Source: Dictyostelium discoideum (Eukaryota). From it: 64,000 nt of DNA. The notes beneath the pieces were generated by a model, which made no database searches, was not told the DNA's origin, and saw only the letters and a program-made list of their open reading frames with translations. Where the stretch lies: assembly GCA_000004695.1 (NCBI GenBank), contig CM000154.2:2528001-2592000 (forward strand), in the 5' to 3' direction. A program made the position numbers and the translations under genes. Shown piece after piece: positions 42,827 to 56,575 of the stretch (positions are counted from its first letter, which is position 1; the number at the start of each line of letters is the position of its first letter).

Positions 42827-43167
42827 ATTTAAAATTTAAAATTGTCTTATCCAAAAAAAAGCGAAATAAAATAACACAAATAATAATAAATTAAAAAAAA
42901 AAAAAAAAAAACAAAAAAAATAATATTAAAAAAAAAGAACAAATAATAATAATAATAATAACAATATTAATAATAAAATAAATAAATTCTGTACTGTAAA
43001 TTTAATAAACTATAAATAAAACTATTTTTGTTTAAAAAACCCGCCTTTTTTTTTTTTTTTTTTTAAATTTTTTTATTTTTATTTTTATTTTTTTTTTATT
43101 TTTTAATAAATTAATCATAAATATATATATATATATATACACAACATACCAAATACATAAAGATAAG

Positions 43168-43946
43168 ATGTTTACAAAAACAGCAATTGAATTAATTAAA
43201 GAATTAAGAGGAACAGATTCAATACCTCATTATAATGTATTTATCAAAATATTTAAATCCATATATTATATTCTGAATAATATTATTATTATGGTACTAA
43301 CCAAACACCTCACCTTCATATAATAATAAGGATACATCAATTAAGGCGACCATCGATGAAATGATAGCATTATATGAAGATTTGATTAAAACTATTACGT
43401 ATGTTATTTTCTTTTTTTTTTTTTTTTTATATTTTATTATCCCATTTCCTAACATTTTCTTTTTTTTCATCATTTAAATAATAATGATAATAACAATATT
43501 AATAAAGTGAACATAAAGAACAAAAAAAAGAACCATTTTATTTACAACATGCAATTACATTTCATAATAGTATTAATAGAGATAAAAGATGTATTTTAGC
43601 TTATTTAAATGAAAGATTGAATAGAATTAAAGAGTACAGGTGGAGTTCAGGTCAAAGTTTATTACCAGATCAATTAAAAGAGAGATTATCACAAAATGAA
43701 ATTCAATTCTTTTCAGAATATGATAAAATTTTAACAGAATACAATTCAAAGGTTGGTTTAGATTTAACAATTGATCCACAACCACCTAAAGAATTATATA
43801 TTGAAGTTAGAGTAATTAAAGAACTTGGTGAAGTAGTTTTAAACTCTGGATGTACTGTAAATTTAAATTTAAATACAACTCATTTTTTAAAAAGATCTGA
43901 TATTACAAATCTTGTAAAAAATGGTTCACTTGAACATATAATTTAA
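43168..43946 (+). CDS. gins1: GINS complex subunit Psf1 (replicative CMG helicase component)
   Basis: join(43168..43236, 43331..43398, 43508..43946), phases 0/2 closing (191 aa). It aligns with metazoan PSF1 along its whole length: MFTKTAIELIKEL…IPHYN / IDEMIALYE / RDKRCILAYLNERLNRIKEYRW / PPKELYIEVRVIKELGEV / SLEHII. Confidence 0.85.
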
Positions 43947-44027
43947 ACAAATAAATAATACACACACACACAAATATTATTATTTTTGTTTTTATTTTTT
44001 TTTACTTTTATTTTTATTTTTTTATTT

Positions 44028-47000
44028 TTATTTTCTTGAATCGTTATCATTTGTTATTACCAGTTTTAAAATAGATTTGAATTTTTTTATATCATTACTA
44101 GAGTAGATAGTATCTTGATTACCAATTGATGAAGGAGGTAATTGAAGTATACCAGTTAATAATCTTTTACAATGATGGCAATATTCTTTTTTCGAAAGTT
44201 GTAGTTGTTGTTGTTGATGAGGATTAAGATGAAGATTTGGATTATCACTTGAATTCTTTTTAAAGATTAAACAAGAACAAGTGAGTTTTTCATCAATGAT
44301 CATGGTTATAGTTGAATTATCAGATTTTACAAATAATTTAATACCATCATTTTTATAATTTTGAACTGCGATTAGAGTGTTTTCATTCTTGCTATAATTA
44401 TCGACCCTTGTTAAAGATTTACCATTAACTGTAGAGATTGGATAAGGAGATGAAGGATCTTGTAATTCATATTGATCTTCACCCTCTGTTATATATTCGT
44501 CACTAAAACTTGGACTATAGAAATCTTTTTCCATGATATCTAAAAATGTTTTTAATTTCGATTCGAAAAAGTCTTTTTCTAAATGACCATTTGTTAAGGG
44601 ACAAACTTTTTTTAAACTTTGACAAAATTCATTTCTAATCGTTAAGAAACCATTAACAACCACCAATGGTAATATTAAAGTTGAAAAATCTGGGAAATCG
44701 TGCTTTAATTTTTCAACTAAATCTCTATATCTATCGATTGAATCATTTTCAACTTTTTTAACTTCATTTTCACTGTATACACCATCTCTTGATGGATCAA
44801 TAACTGAAATATCAATAATTGCAATCATTTTACCATTTTCTTTTTCAAATAAATTTGGTGTTAATTGTGGTATATTATTATTATTATGATATTGTTGAGG
44901 TATATGTTGTTGTTGTTGTTGTTGATGCTGTTGCTGTTGTTGTTGTGGTGGTACTAAAAATAATAAGAAATCAGGTGTTACTCTCCATTCTAAAGTTGGT
45001 GTATAAAATAATTTTTCATATTTTTCAGTGATTGGATTTATAAGTTTATATTCAATAGGTTCATATTTTGATTTAACCTCTTGAGTGAAATCATGTGGGA
45101 ATTGAGTTGCATTTGTAATTTCAATTGAATGTAATAATTTGAATCTTGGTGAACTATATTCTAAATGAAATTTCTCTTTAAATTTAGAATCCAACCAAAT
45201 TAATATCTCCCTTGCAATGAATTTACTAATTTGATTATGAATTGATAATCTTGATGTGAATTTATAGATATCTTTCATACTGACAGTTCTAGCGATTTCT
45301 TTAGTATGAAGTGTGGTCTCCTCTTTAGTATGAAGGAAAACCAATTCTACAATTTCCAAATCCATAGTTTGAATAGCTTTTGCTAGACTATTGGTTGGCA
45401 TTGGTTCGAATCTATTTTTACATAACCATTGAATAGCTTTTAAACTCCTACTTTCAATTGCATTAATTAGGGAGAAACTTGCAACACCATAGAAATTTTG
45501 ATGAATCATTTCCATGATCTCAATGTTTGCATGTTTTGCTGCCCAATCCATTGATTCGGTGAATACTCTATGTTTAACTTTGAAATAGGGAGGATTTCTC
45601 TTTGTGATTAATCCTTCCAATAAATGTTTGAAAGTTCTACTTTGATTACCTTTTGCAGCATATTCAAAACATTTAATTGTAACATCAAATAGTTTAAGTT
45701 GATCATCATCCGCTAATATCTCTTGAATCTTTAAATTTAAATTTGGTGATGATGATTGACACATTGCATCGAAAACCGATGAAAGGTTAACACCTCTAAC
45801 ACGTAGATGCTCCAATACCATTAAATTACCTTTACTTGCAATTTCACATAATAACTCTTTAGTTAATTCATATGGTTGTTTAACTCTATCCTCTAAAAAG
45901 AAAACACAATCCATATGACCATTTAATAATGCACCATTCATTGCTTTTGTCGTACAAATTTGATAATCTTTAAATTTTTTATCTGTTAAATCTAATAAAT
46001 GTAATTTTTTTTGATTATTATTATTATTATTATTATTATTATTTGATGTTGTTGTTGTTGTAGTTGTTGTAGTAGTTGTTGTAGTTGTAGTTGTAGTTTG
46101 ATTTGTTGATTTTTTCTTTTTCTTTGATTTTGATTTTGATTTTAAAGTTGGAATGTCCTCAATTGAGAATCTTTTTGGTTGTATATTATCATTGTAGTGA
46201 ATGATTTTAACTAAGAAAAAGAAAAGAAAAGATAAGATTTTAATAAAACCAAATGTTGAAGCTAAATCTAAAGCTTGTGGAGATATTGGTTTATTTTTAT
46301 GTGCTAAATAAACTACAACATCGTAATGACCATTCTTTGAGGCATTGATTATTGCATTTTCAGTGCAACCCTCATTTCTGTTGTTCATTAAGAATTTGAC
46401 GATATTGAGATGACCTTTTTCGGCTGCTTTATCCATCGCATTCGTTGTTACTAACCAATTACCCCAACTTAATGAATTCTCCCATGAATGTAGAGTTTTT
46501 AAAATTTTATAATAACCACCTTCACAAATTGCATCGATTATATCAATTGTGTTAAGGAAAACATTTTGACATGAATCCAATAGGAAATCCAATAATTTTT
46601 CATTACCTGCTGATCTTGCTATTGTACATAGTACATATCCATTCACTGTGTTTAAAATTTGTGAAAATTGAATTAAATCGAATTTCAACGAGAATTCAAA
46701 TTTGTCTAAAAGTAATGAAAAATATCGATTTCTAACCATCCAAACGCTGTTGGTAATATCGTCATAATAAAGTGTACGAAACATTCTTTTATCTCTTATA
46801 AAACCAATTATATGTTCTCTTAAAACTTTACTATTCCAAACTTTACGAAATAAAAAATCGCAATCCCTATTTTCTTTTACCTTTAAAACCATATTGTTTT
46901 TTATTCCATCTTTATTTTCACTTTTTATTGACCCTTTATTTTCATTTTCATTTTTAATTTCTTTAATTTTTTCTTTTTTTTTTTCTTTTCTATTTTTTTT

Positions 47001-47321
47001 TTTTTTTTTTTTTTTAAAAAAATTTAATGTTATTTACATTAATTATTAAATTAATAAAATTTCTTTCTTTTTTTCTGTTTTTTTTTTGTTTTTAAAAAAG
47101 TGAAGAAAGAAAGAAATAAAGAAGAAAAAAACAAAAAAAAAAAAGAAAATAAAAATAAAAAATTTAACTTACTCTTCTTGTTCTATATCTAATTCTTCAT
47201 TATGGTTAAGATCTTTTAAAACGTATAAAGAGCATGTATAATTACTTTGTTTAATTTTATATTCTTCAACACTATAGCTATCAAAAAAGATGACTATAGT
47301 TTTTGAAAATTGTGTTTCCAT
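44028..47321 (-). CDS. Ankyrin-repeat protein of unknown function (about 1036 aa)
   Basis: complement(join(44028..46989, 47173..47321)). The 5' exon (METQFSKTIVIFFDSYSVEEYKIK…) ends at GTAAGT. The acceptor aaaaaaaatag at 46990/1 restores the frame (phase 2). Ankyrin-like repeats are present (AAEKGHLNIVKFLM…ASKNGHYDVVVYLA…). The central and C-terminal regions have no recognised domain. Confidence 0.7.
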
Positions 47322-47984
47322 TTTTTAATGGTTAATAAAAAAAAAAAAAATTTCATAAAAAAAAAAAATTTTGAAATTTTGAGCTTTTAAAAAAAATAAA
47401 TGAAATAAAATCAAAAAAGGTTTAATAAAATAAAAAAAACGTATTAAAATAAAAAAATTTTATTTTATTTTATTTTATTTTTATTTTTTTTTTTTTTTTT
47501 AATAATAAGAAATAATTTTTCAAATGATAAAACTAATAAGTTTTTAAAAAAAAAAAAAATCAAATTTTTTTTTAATTTTTTTTTTTTTTTAATTTAATTT
47601 CAGTTTTCACTATTATCCAAAATTTAATATATTAAAATCCGTTTGGCGTTTCATGAAACACATTGTTGTGTTTTTTTAGGAAATTTTTTTTAAAAAAATA
47701 AAAATTTTATGTGAAAATTTGTGGGAAAATGATTTAAAATTCAATATCATGCACCAATAAATAATTATCATTTGGAATCAAAGGAGGTTATCTTAATCTA
47801 CTTAATGGACCATCTGGTTGTTGGCATGAATTTGAGTTAATATTAAATGAAATATTCGTTATATTAAATATTTTTTAATTTTACTGTAAATGTTAAAAAA
47901 AATAAAAAAATTTTTTTTTTTTGACTTGTAAAATATAATTTAAATAATTTTTTTAATTATCATTATCATAAAAATAAAACAAAT

Positions 47985-48150
47985 TCACATTTTTTTTTAG
48001 ATATTTATCATTGAATTACCAATAGCATTATAATAACATATGTTTTTAATATGGATATCGAAATTAAAATTATTTATTTATTTTGAAAAAAAAAAAATAA
48101 AAAAAAAACAGAATAATTAAAAAAAAAAATAATTAAAAAAAAATTTTATG
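47985..48150 (+). repeat. Dispersed intergenic repeat, copy A
   Basis: …ttcacatttttttttagatatttatCATTGAATTACCAATAGCATTataataacatatGTTTTTAATATGGATAtcgaaattaaaaTTATTTATTT…AAACAGAATAA… shares about 85% identity over about 150 bp with copy B at 54063..54235, in the same orientation. Confidence 0.7.
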
Positions 48151-48361
48151 GCATTGTAAAAACCATTGGACATACCAAAGAGCTAAAAAAAGGAAAAAAA
48201 AAAATAAAATAAAAGTTTAATCCTCAACTTGGACTAAATCAAATTTGTCAAATCGATTTTGGAAAGACCCCCTGTCTGAAATAATTAATATTTTAAAAAA
48301 AAAAAATTTCTTTATTATTTATAAAAAAAAGAATTCTTTTTAAATATTGTTTTGATCAAAT

Positions 48362-49437
48362 TTAAACTTCAGAAGAATTTGAAACACTTATATTATTGGA
48401 ATCAGATATTTGAACATCGATTGTATTTGAATAATGAGTTGAAATATGAGTAACAGATAAAGCCAATTCATTGGCACCATTTGAACTACCACTAGAACCT
48501 TTACTACTATCTGAGCCTACCATTGACTCTGGATAACCTAATAATAATCTAATCTTTCTACAGGTTTCAGATCTACCAAAAATAATTAATGCAGCATAAC
48601 AATTGATTAATTCAAGAGCAAAGAAACCAATATTAATCCAATCTTCAGCATCTGAATCTCTTCCAATGGTAACATAAACAATATTGATAACCCAAAGTAC
48701 AATACCAAGAAAAGATGTAACACCAATGAGACCTTTAACTTTTGAAACAAGCATTTCATCATGTTGAGTCCTATTCTTATTGTGGTAAACTTGTTTTAAA
48801 ATTTTAAAACCAAAGAAACCAAGTGATCCAGTAATTAATGCGGCTGAACAAATGAAATATAATCTCCAAGTTGTATCGATAACTTTACTATAACTACCAT
48901 CAACCAATACTATAACTCCGATTGTAGTATAAAACACCAATGACATAATAACATTACCAATTATAATTCTATCAACAGTTGCAACTCTCTCAAAATGTAC
49001 ACGTTTATCCATATATACAACTGCTAATTTCATTAAAAGTAATACAATAAAAAAGAATTCCATTGCAAAAAATTGTACACTCCATCCATAAATAATACAT
49101 ACAATTTTATTAAGATGTGGTGCTTTAGTATTAAATATCCATGCTAATATACCTGTTGCAATTCTAACTAAAAATAATATTAAAGTTAATTTAATAATAA
49201 AATAAAAAAAAATAAAAAAAAAAATCAATTGTATTACTTACATAAAATTGCTATCATCATACTAAAAAATACCAGAAATGGAATTGATTTTAAGTACATC
49301 CTTTTTAATTTTTGATTCAATTTTTTAGATTTTTGAACTTCAATATAAATATGATATAAAACTATAAATAAAAGTGGGACATACCACATACCTTCTAAAA
49401 AATATATCCACGCCCCTCTTATTTTTTCTTGTACCAT
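48362..49437 (-). CDS. Seven-transmembrane-helix membrane protein (about 333 aa), family unassigned
   Basis: complement(join(48362..49167, 49242..49437)); the GTAAGT...TAG intron has consistent phase 1. About 7 hydrophobic helices are followed by a Ser/Gly-rich C-terminal tail. Confidence 0.65.
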
Positions 49438-49493
49438 TTTATTATTATTTTTATTATATTTTTATTAATATTTTTTTTTAATTATTAATGTTA

Positions 49494-49526
<33 letters not shown>

Positions 49527-50277
49527 TTTTATTTTATTTATTTTTTTTAATAATTATTTTTATTCTATTTGTTATTTTTTTTTTATTTTTTATTTTTTCT
49601 ATTATGATTAATTAAATTTATTTAAAAATAAAAAAAAAAAAATCAACTGACCATGTTTTTTTTTTTTTTTTTAACAGTTTTTAGGATAATATTTTATTTT
49701 AATTATTTTTATTTTTTATTTTATTTTTTTTACAACCTTTATTTTTATAAGGTGGAAACTAAGATATTTTTTTTTGGTTGGAGTAAAAAACCATTGCAGA
49801 AAAATATCTTTAAACTAAAAATAAAAAAATATGAAAAACATGAAAAATAGGACACGGATGCTTTTTTATTTTTTTTTTAATTTTTTTTTTTTAAGATATT
49901 TCCCGCATTATTTGAAATTCTTTTTTTTTTTTTTTTCATAATCAAAAAAGAAAAAAAAAAAAAAAAAAAAAGATATTTTAAAAAAAAAAAAAAAAAAAAC
50001 AAAGGAACTAATCAAAAACAAACATTAAAAAAAACAAATTTATAATTTTCACCATTGTTAATGGCAGGGGGGGCCTTTTTTTTTTTTTTTTTTTTTTTTT
50101 GGAAAAAAAATTGGCGGAAAAAAAAATTTTTTTTTTTTTTTTTTTAACCCTAAAAAAAATAAATTTTTTTTTTTTTTTTGCGCGAAAAAAAATTTTTTTA
50201 AAAACAAAAACCCCTTTAAATCCCAAGCCTTTTCTTTGGCAAAAGGTTTTTTTTTTTAAATTTTTTTAAATTTTTTT

Positions 50278-50377
50278 NNNNNNNNNNNNNNNNNNNNNNN
50301 NNNNNNNNNNNNNNNNNNNNNNNNNNNNNNNNNNNNNNNNNNNNNNNNNNNNNNNNNNNNNNNNNNNNNNNNNNNNN
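50278..50377. other. Assembly gap (100 N)
   Basis: 100 N. The 5' flank 50040..50277 is low-quality-like sequence (G/C homopolymers, ggcggaaaaaaaa, gcgcgaaaaaaaa). Confidence 0.95.
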
Positions 50378-50512
50378 CAAAGAAATAAACGAGAATTTAT
50401 ACATATAATAAATAAATCACTGTTATATCTTCACCGCCACATTCATTCCTCTTAATTTTACCCTTTTTTTGCTCAATAAAGCAAGGGCTATCGTCCTATA
50501 TACTTTTCAACA

Positions 50513-51446
50513 ATGGCTGATGATCACTCAACTGAATTACAGTTAAATCATACAGATAACAACACAACCAATACAAATAATACCTCCACAACCTCAACAA
50601 CAAAAAACAAAAGTGCAAAAATCGACACACCTAAAAAACAAACCCCAACAAACCAACTCTCACTAAACAAAGGACTTGATAATCAATTAGATATCATTGC
50701 ACCTCCATCAATCACAAGACCACTCTCTTTCTTAGAAAAAAACAATAACACCATCAACATTAAGTGTTACTTTAACCAACCACACATCCGTGAAGAATTA
50801 ACCTCAAAAGATGACACAAGAATTCAACAAATTCACAAAAACATTCACAAACTCTTCGAAGATATACTGTCGCAATCAGCATTCAAAATAATTGGTGCAA
50901 CTGCCTTCGTAAATTGCAACGTCGATAAATTAACTTCAATAATCAACCTTCAAAACCAACTTGCACTAAATATCGACAAACTCAACTATAGATTCGATAT
51001 ATCATCAAATGATTATGCAATCATTAAAACATTCATTAAAACGTACTCACCCAAACATGCAAACGATGCAATTACAAACAACCTCACTAAATTCACCAGT
51101 TGTACATCAATTGAATCATTTACTGTCACATACTCATATGCTGTTGCGTTTAAAAGCTACATTATAACATATCATCTAATTGATCACACACACAACATTG
51201 TTGATCAAAAGATCGAACAACCATCTGGTATCACAAGATATATCAAAGCTGCAACACGTAGTGTCACTAAACACAAAATTCAACATGCAAAAAATGCAGA
51301 TATGGCAACAACTATAAAAAATGCCATCACGAACCCAAACATGAACAAAAACAATCAACCACCAAAAAACAACATTAACACCCCACCAATCAACGAAATT
51401 GCAAATTCCAATCGCAATAATAACTCACTTCAAAATAGTGGTTCAA
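50513..51446 (+). CDS. ORF with atypical C-ending codon usage, truncated by a gap; candidate transposable-element ORF or highly codon-biased gene
   Basis: ATG at 50513. The frame stays open for 311 codons until the N-run at 51447. Codon choice (ACC, ATC, AAC, CAC, CTC, TTC, GAC) and local GC content differ sharply from every other gene in the window. The protein (…KCYFNQPHIREELTSKDDTRIQQIHKNIHKLFEDILSQ…) has no motif I recognise. Confidence 0.5.
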
Positions 51447-51546
51447 NNNNNNNNNNNNNNNNNNNNNNNNNNNNNNNNNNNNNNNNNNNNNNNNNNNNNN
51501 NNNNNNNNNNNNNNNNNNNNNNNNNNNNNNNNNNNNNNNNNNNNNN
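51447..51546. other. Assembly gap (100 N)
   Basis: 100 N separating the plus-strand atypical ORF from the 3' end of a minus-strand secreted-protein gene. Confidence 0.95.
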
Positions 51547-53619
51547 TCTATTTTACCACCACCATTAATCTCTACATTCAAATCGATTTTGTCTGATGGT
51601 GGTGGAAAACTCATTGATGATCCAGTTAGTTGATAATGTTGTTGAATTTTACTTATTCTTTCCATATCATCACTATTTTCTTTAATTACCAACCTTGAAA
51701 TAAAATCATTAATACCTTCTTTAACTTTTGAGTTATAAAATGTCCTTTCTCCACTTGAACTTATATAGTAATACGAATAAACTTTTTTTGAAAAAAATTT
51801 ACTAAGAGTTGGGCTTTTGAAACAATGTACTGATCCTCCTCTATGAGCCTATTTTTGAGTGTTATGAAAAATCAATTTTATTAAAACTAGATTTTAGAAA
51901 TCCATAATTTAAATATAAATTTTTACTTACCTGTTTTTCCATAAAATTATTATCACCAACACAAAACCATTTATAATCATATTGATTAGGTTGGGTTGGT
52001 ACAACTTCATCAGGAAAATCTCGTTTAAATTGAATAACTGAAAAAGCTTGTTTTGAATGATCCTTTTTTCTTGTAATAATTTTATTATTAGGAGCATAAC
52101 CAGTTATATCTTCAACTTGATATACATTACGTTCAAGATTTGAAACTTTTCCTGTTTCAATGTCATTATAATGTTGAGTTTGTAAATAAAAGTTTCCTAA
52201 TAGTGAAATTTGTTGACCACCAAAATCCATCTTTAAGGTTGAAATGTATGTCCAAATGTTTATTAAATTTTTATAACTCAATTTACTGGGATCCATATAT
52301 CTTCTTACACCATAAATATAGTTTTTCCCTAATTGGTTATCTTTGTTATAAAATTGTTTTTGATAAAAATATAATTTTTCTGAATATTGGTTATAAAGTG
52401 TTTCTAAATGTTGCTTTTTACTGTATTCCGAAAAATAATATGCCTGGTTTAAAAAGTTAATTTTTTTTTTTTTTTAATAAATAAGGTAATTTAAAGATTT
52501 TGATTAGATTAATGAAAATACACATACATGCTTTGCCAAAACATACAATGGGAATTTATCATTTTGGTCCAATATTTTAACATCATTAACAATTCCGGCT
52601 GTTACTTGAGATTCTCGAATATTAATATTTTCGTAATGAATATTTCTCTTTTGAAAATCATTTGTATCAGGTATTCTCATAAAGCTAACTCTTGGAAATT
52701 TGGCAGGATCTAAATCATCTAATATATTTGTTAACTCTAATGATGAGAGTCCCCAATTGACTGCCAAACCATTAACGTAACCAATAACTGAATTTGTTAA
52801 TACCAAATGTCTATAGATACCAACTTCAATCCCTGTTTTTGAAATCGGATAGCAATATGCATACTGTGCTTGTTGTAATTTTGGGTTCTTATCTTTTGGT
52901 ATTAAATTCAAAAATTAATATTAATAATAAAGGAATGAAATTGGTTAAATGTATGAAATAATGAACCATTACCTCTTAAATTTTTATCTTTATGATTAAA
53001 AACTTCTAAACCAGGATTAAATCCACCTGTTTGTGGCTTTTTTGCAAATTTTCCTTTCTCCATAGTTTCATCATTTCTACTTGTTCTAAACAAAGGAAAT
53101 GCTGTAAAACTATGCATCACATGTATACCACCATCTTTGTTCCTACAAGTTCACAATGTGTTTAAAATAATAAATCAATTTTTAAATTAAGAAATTAATT
53201 TTCCTTTTTTTTTTTTTTTTTTTAAAAAATTTAAATAAAATTAAAAATTAAAATATTTACCAAATAAAAAATCCTTTTGAATGTCCACCTACTGGATCTT
53301 TATCTCTTGTTTCATCAGGATGATCATTGTAGGTAACATAATTATAATCTGGGTTTTCCATTTGGTTGAATGTTAATAAAAACGCTGATTCACTATCATA
53401 TCTTAATGAATATTCAATTCCTATTTTTTCAGTTATGGTATCAGAGAAACTATTCCAATAATAAATTCCACCTTCTTCAGGTAACTGGTAAATGTACCAT
53501 TTTCTTATTATATTGTTCAATCCAATATCTTTTCCTCCTTGTAAACACATGGGCTGACAATAAAATAATTGAATATTAAATATAATTAAAATTAAAAAAA
53601 TTAAAATAATCTTTTTCAT
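51547..53619 (-). CDS. Secreted multi-exon protein (signal peptide), family unassigned; 3' end lost in the gap
   Basis: ATG at 53619 with a signal peptide MKKIILIFLILIIFNIQLFYCQ. At least 5 exons are joined by GTAAAT/GTAATG/GTATGT...AG introns. The partial model already exceeds 550 aa. Exon blocks sit at ~53259..53619, ~52936..53137, ~52515..52903, ~51860..52440 and ~51547..51845. I found no catalytic motif I could assign with confidence. Confidence 0.5.
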
Positions 53620-54062
53620 TTTATTTGTTGTAATTATTTTTTTTATTCTTTTTAAATAAATTAAATTATTTTAAAAATTAAAATATTTATTTTATTCAAT
53701 TTTATTTTTCTATTACAAGATTCTGATAAAACATGAGCAATAATTTAGGCGAGTATTTTTAACTTTTTTTTATTAAACTAATAAATCATTTATATAAATT
53801 ATTGTGTTAATGTTCAACATATGGTGCACCATTATTGTTTTTCTTTTTGAATAATGTTTCAAAACTAGACATTATTGTCGTTTTTTTTTATTCGAATCCA
53901 ATAGATGATATCATTATTATTAATATTTAATATTTGAAAATAGAAAAAAAAATGTTAGAAGAAAAAAATAATTTATTTAAATAATAAATAAAATTAAATG
54001 ACTTATTCCTTTTTTTTTATCATTTTCATAAAGTAAAAAAAGGAAAAAAAATATACACATAT

Positions 54063-54235
54063 TTCACATTTTTTTTAAATGTGTAGCATTGAATTACCAA
54101 TAGCATTTATATTTACATTTGTTTTTAATATGGATATTGAAATAAAAATTATTTATTTGAATTAGAAAAAAAAAAAAAAAAAAAAAAACAGAATAAAAAA
54201 AAAAATAAAAAATAAAAAAAAATTATATTTTTTAT
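54063..54235 (+). repeat. Dispersed intergenic repeat, copy B
   Basis: See copy A. The identical cores cattgaattaccaatagcatt and gtttttaatatggata are followed by A-rich sequence containing aacagaataa. Both copies lie 200-270 bp 3' of a minus-strand gene stop (48362 and 54433). Confidence 0.7.
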
Positions 54236-54432
54236 TAATAATTGGTAAAGATCCAAATCTATATCTCCAAATAATTAATATCCAAAAAAAAACTATTGAT
54301 TATGATCTAGATCTGGTAAATAATTAATTAATATCATAAATAAAAGAAAAAAATAATAATAATATTTAAACTTTGGTTAATGATTTTATGTTTGAAATTC
54401 TTTTAAGAATTATAAAAATATTTATTTTAAAG

Positions 54433-55696
54433 TTAAGAATTTTTATAATCAATTAAAGAATTTTTTGAGAAACCATTATTTGAAACAGTTAATTTTAATA
54501 ATTTAAATTGTTTGATATGTTGATTTTTTGAAATGAAAGAATTGAATTTAAATTTATAATCATCCACACTACCAGATATTTGATCAACCATTGATTCGAA
54601 ATAGATTATATTTTTTAAGTTTTCCATTATATTAAAGAGAATGATAGAGTTATCGCCACCATGTATCGAAAACTTTTTTAAAGGTGATATCCAAGACAAG
54701 AAGCAAGTGAAATTATTTATAAATGATTTTTTGAATTTTTCTGAACTCCAAAGTAATGAAGCACCATAGGTAGTACAAGAATTACCAATAAACAAAGATT
54801 CCAATGTTAAATTTTTATTTTTGTTTGTTACCATCTCCTTTAATTCTAACCAATCATTATTGAATGAATCTTGGTCTTTGAAAGTGTCATTAATTGAAGA
54901 ATAGCTTGTCAAACAATTACATATACAATCTGAACGTTTATCTTGTGTATCAGATAAACAATACACTAATTTTCTTAAACAAATACCAACAAAAAGATGA
55001 TGTAAATCTTTAAAGACCAATGGAGATAATAAAAATGTTAAATCTTTTAAAGAGATTGCTGAATCATAAATTTCTAAATATTTGACATTTGAAATCATAG
55101 AAGCATTTTTTGAAAAAATTTCAGTTATTCTTAATGTTTGTGAAACAAATAATTGATTTAATGAATGATTCCAATATCTAAATGCTTCATTTATAACTGG
55201 TTCCTGTAATTCTGTACAAAAATGAATATAGAGTGAAAATAATTTGGTCACTCTTTTCTTTAACTTTTCTAAATCCTTCAAATTACTTGATTGATTAATT
55301 TCCAATTCCAATAATTGTATATTACTTTTAACGATTTCGTTCTCTTTAAATTTAAATATAATTAATTTATCAATATTATCATTAAAATTAACAATATTAA
55401 TATTTCTAATTAAAACTCTTTTAAATGGTATATTAATAATTAATTGATTTTCATTTTGTTGTTTTTTTTTTTGTTGTTGTTGTTGTTGTTGTAATTGTTT
55501 TTGATATTCTATTAAATTTTCAAATCTATTATCGATTTCATTAATTGTAATTTCTTTCTCTCCTTCTGGTGCTCTTATTGAACCACCACCACCTGGTCCA
55601 ATAATTTTATAAAAGTATGGTTTCTTGTAATCATGATGTAATTTAATGGTTTTAATATTCTCTCTTTTAATTATTGAATATTTTTCATTATTAATT

Positions 55697-55772
<76 letters not shown>

Positions 55773-56022
55773 ATGATATACTTGTTGATGATTGATCTTT
55801 ATAATTAAAATCAACTGATACTGTTAAATTATTTGATAATGTTTTAAACCAATCTTTACAAACCAATGCCAATGATAACATTAACTTTTTATTAATAGAT
55901 TCATTCTTTCTATACTCTGAATCAAGATCTGTTATAATTTCCAATGTCTTATTTTGTCTATCAATATGTTTACACAGTAATTTAATTATAAATTTTTGAA
56001 TATATAATGGTATTATGGTCAT
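54433..56022 (-). CDS. Hypothetical 529-aa protein with a poly-Asn and poly-Gln insert
   Basis: Single ATG-initiated ORF with non-repetitive flanks and internal N20 and Q8 runs. No recognisable domain. Confidence 0.55.
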
Positions 56023-56109
56023 TATAAATTAATTATATATGATTTAAAAAAAAAAATAATAATAATAATAAAAAAAAAAAAAAAAGGGGTTTGGGGGGAA
56101 AAAAATAAA

Positions 56110-56152
<43 letters not shown>

Positions 56153-56282
56153 GTATATAGTAATTTTGTTTTTTCACGAATAATTAAAAAATTAAGAAAA
56201 AAAAAAATAAAAAAAAATTAAAAAAATAAAAAAAATAAATAATATAATAAATAAATTAATTTTTATTTTAAATAATTGTTGT

Positions 56283-56323
<41 letters not shown>

Positions 56324-56535
56324 TGGGCAATTACTTTATAATAACCATAACTAACTATCCAATACTTATATGGTATCCATCTAGATGATTCATTACCAAA
56401 TTGATTTTTATTATTTATATTGTTGTAATTGCTTGTTGGTAGAATTTCATTATTATTTGTACCTATTCTATTTTTATTAATTGAGGTTAATGATTCTATT
56501 TTAAAAAAAATAAAAAAATGTTAATTAAATATTTC

Positions 56536-56575
<40 letters not shown>

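Noticed and set aside
51547-53619. Assignment of the secreted protein to the phospholipase-B-like (PLBD) family
   Set aside because: Size and secretion fit, but I could not match the motifs I remember for that family (e.g. NTWNNY, SGTYNNQW), so I left it unassigned.
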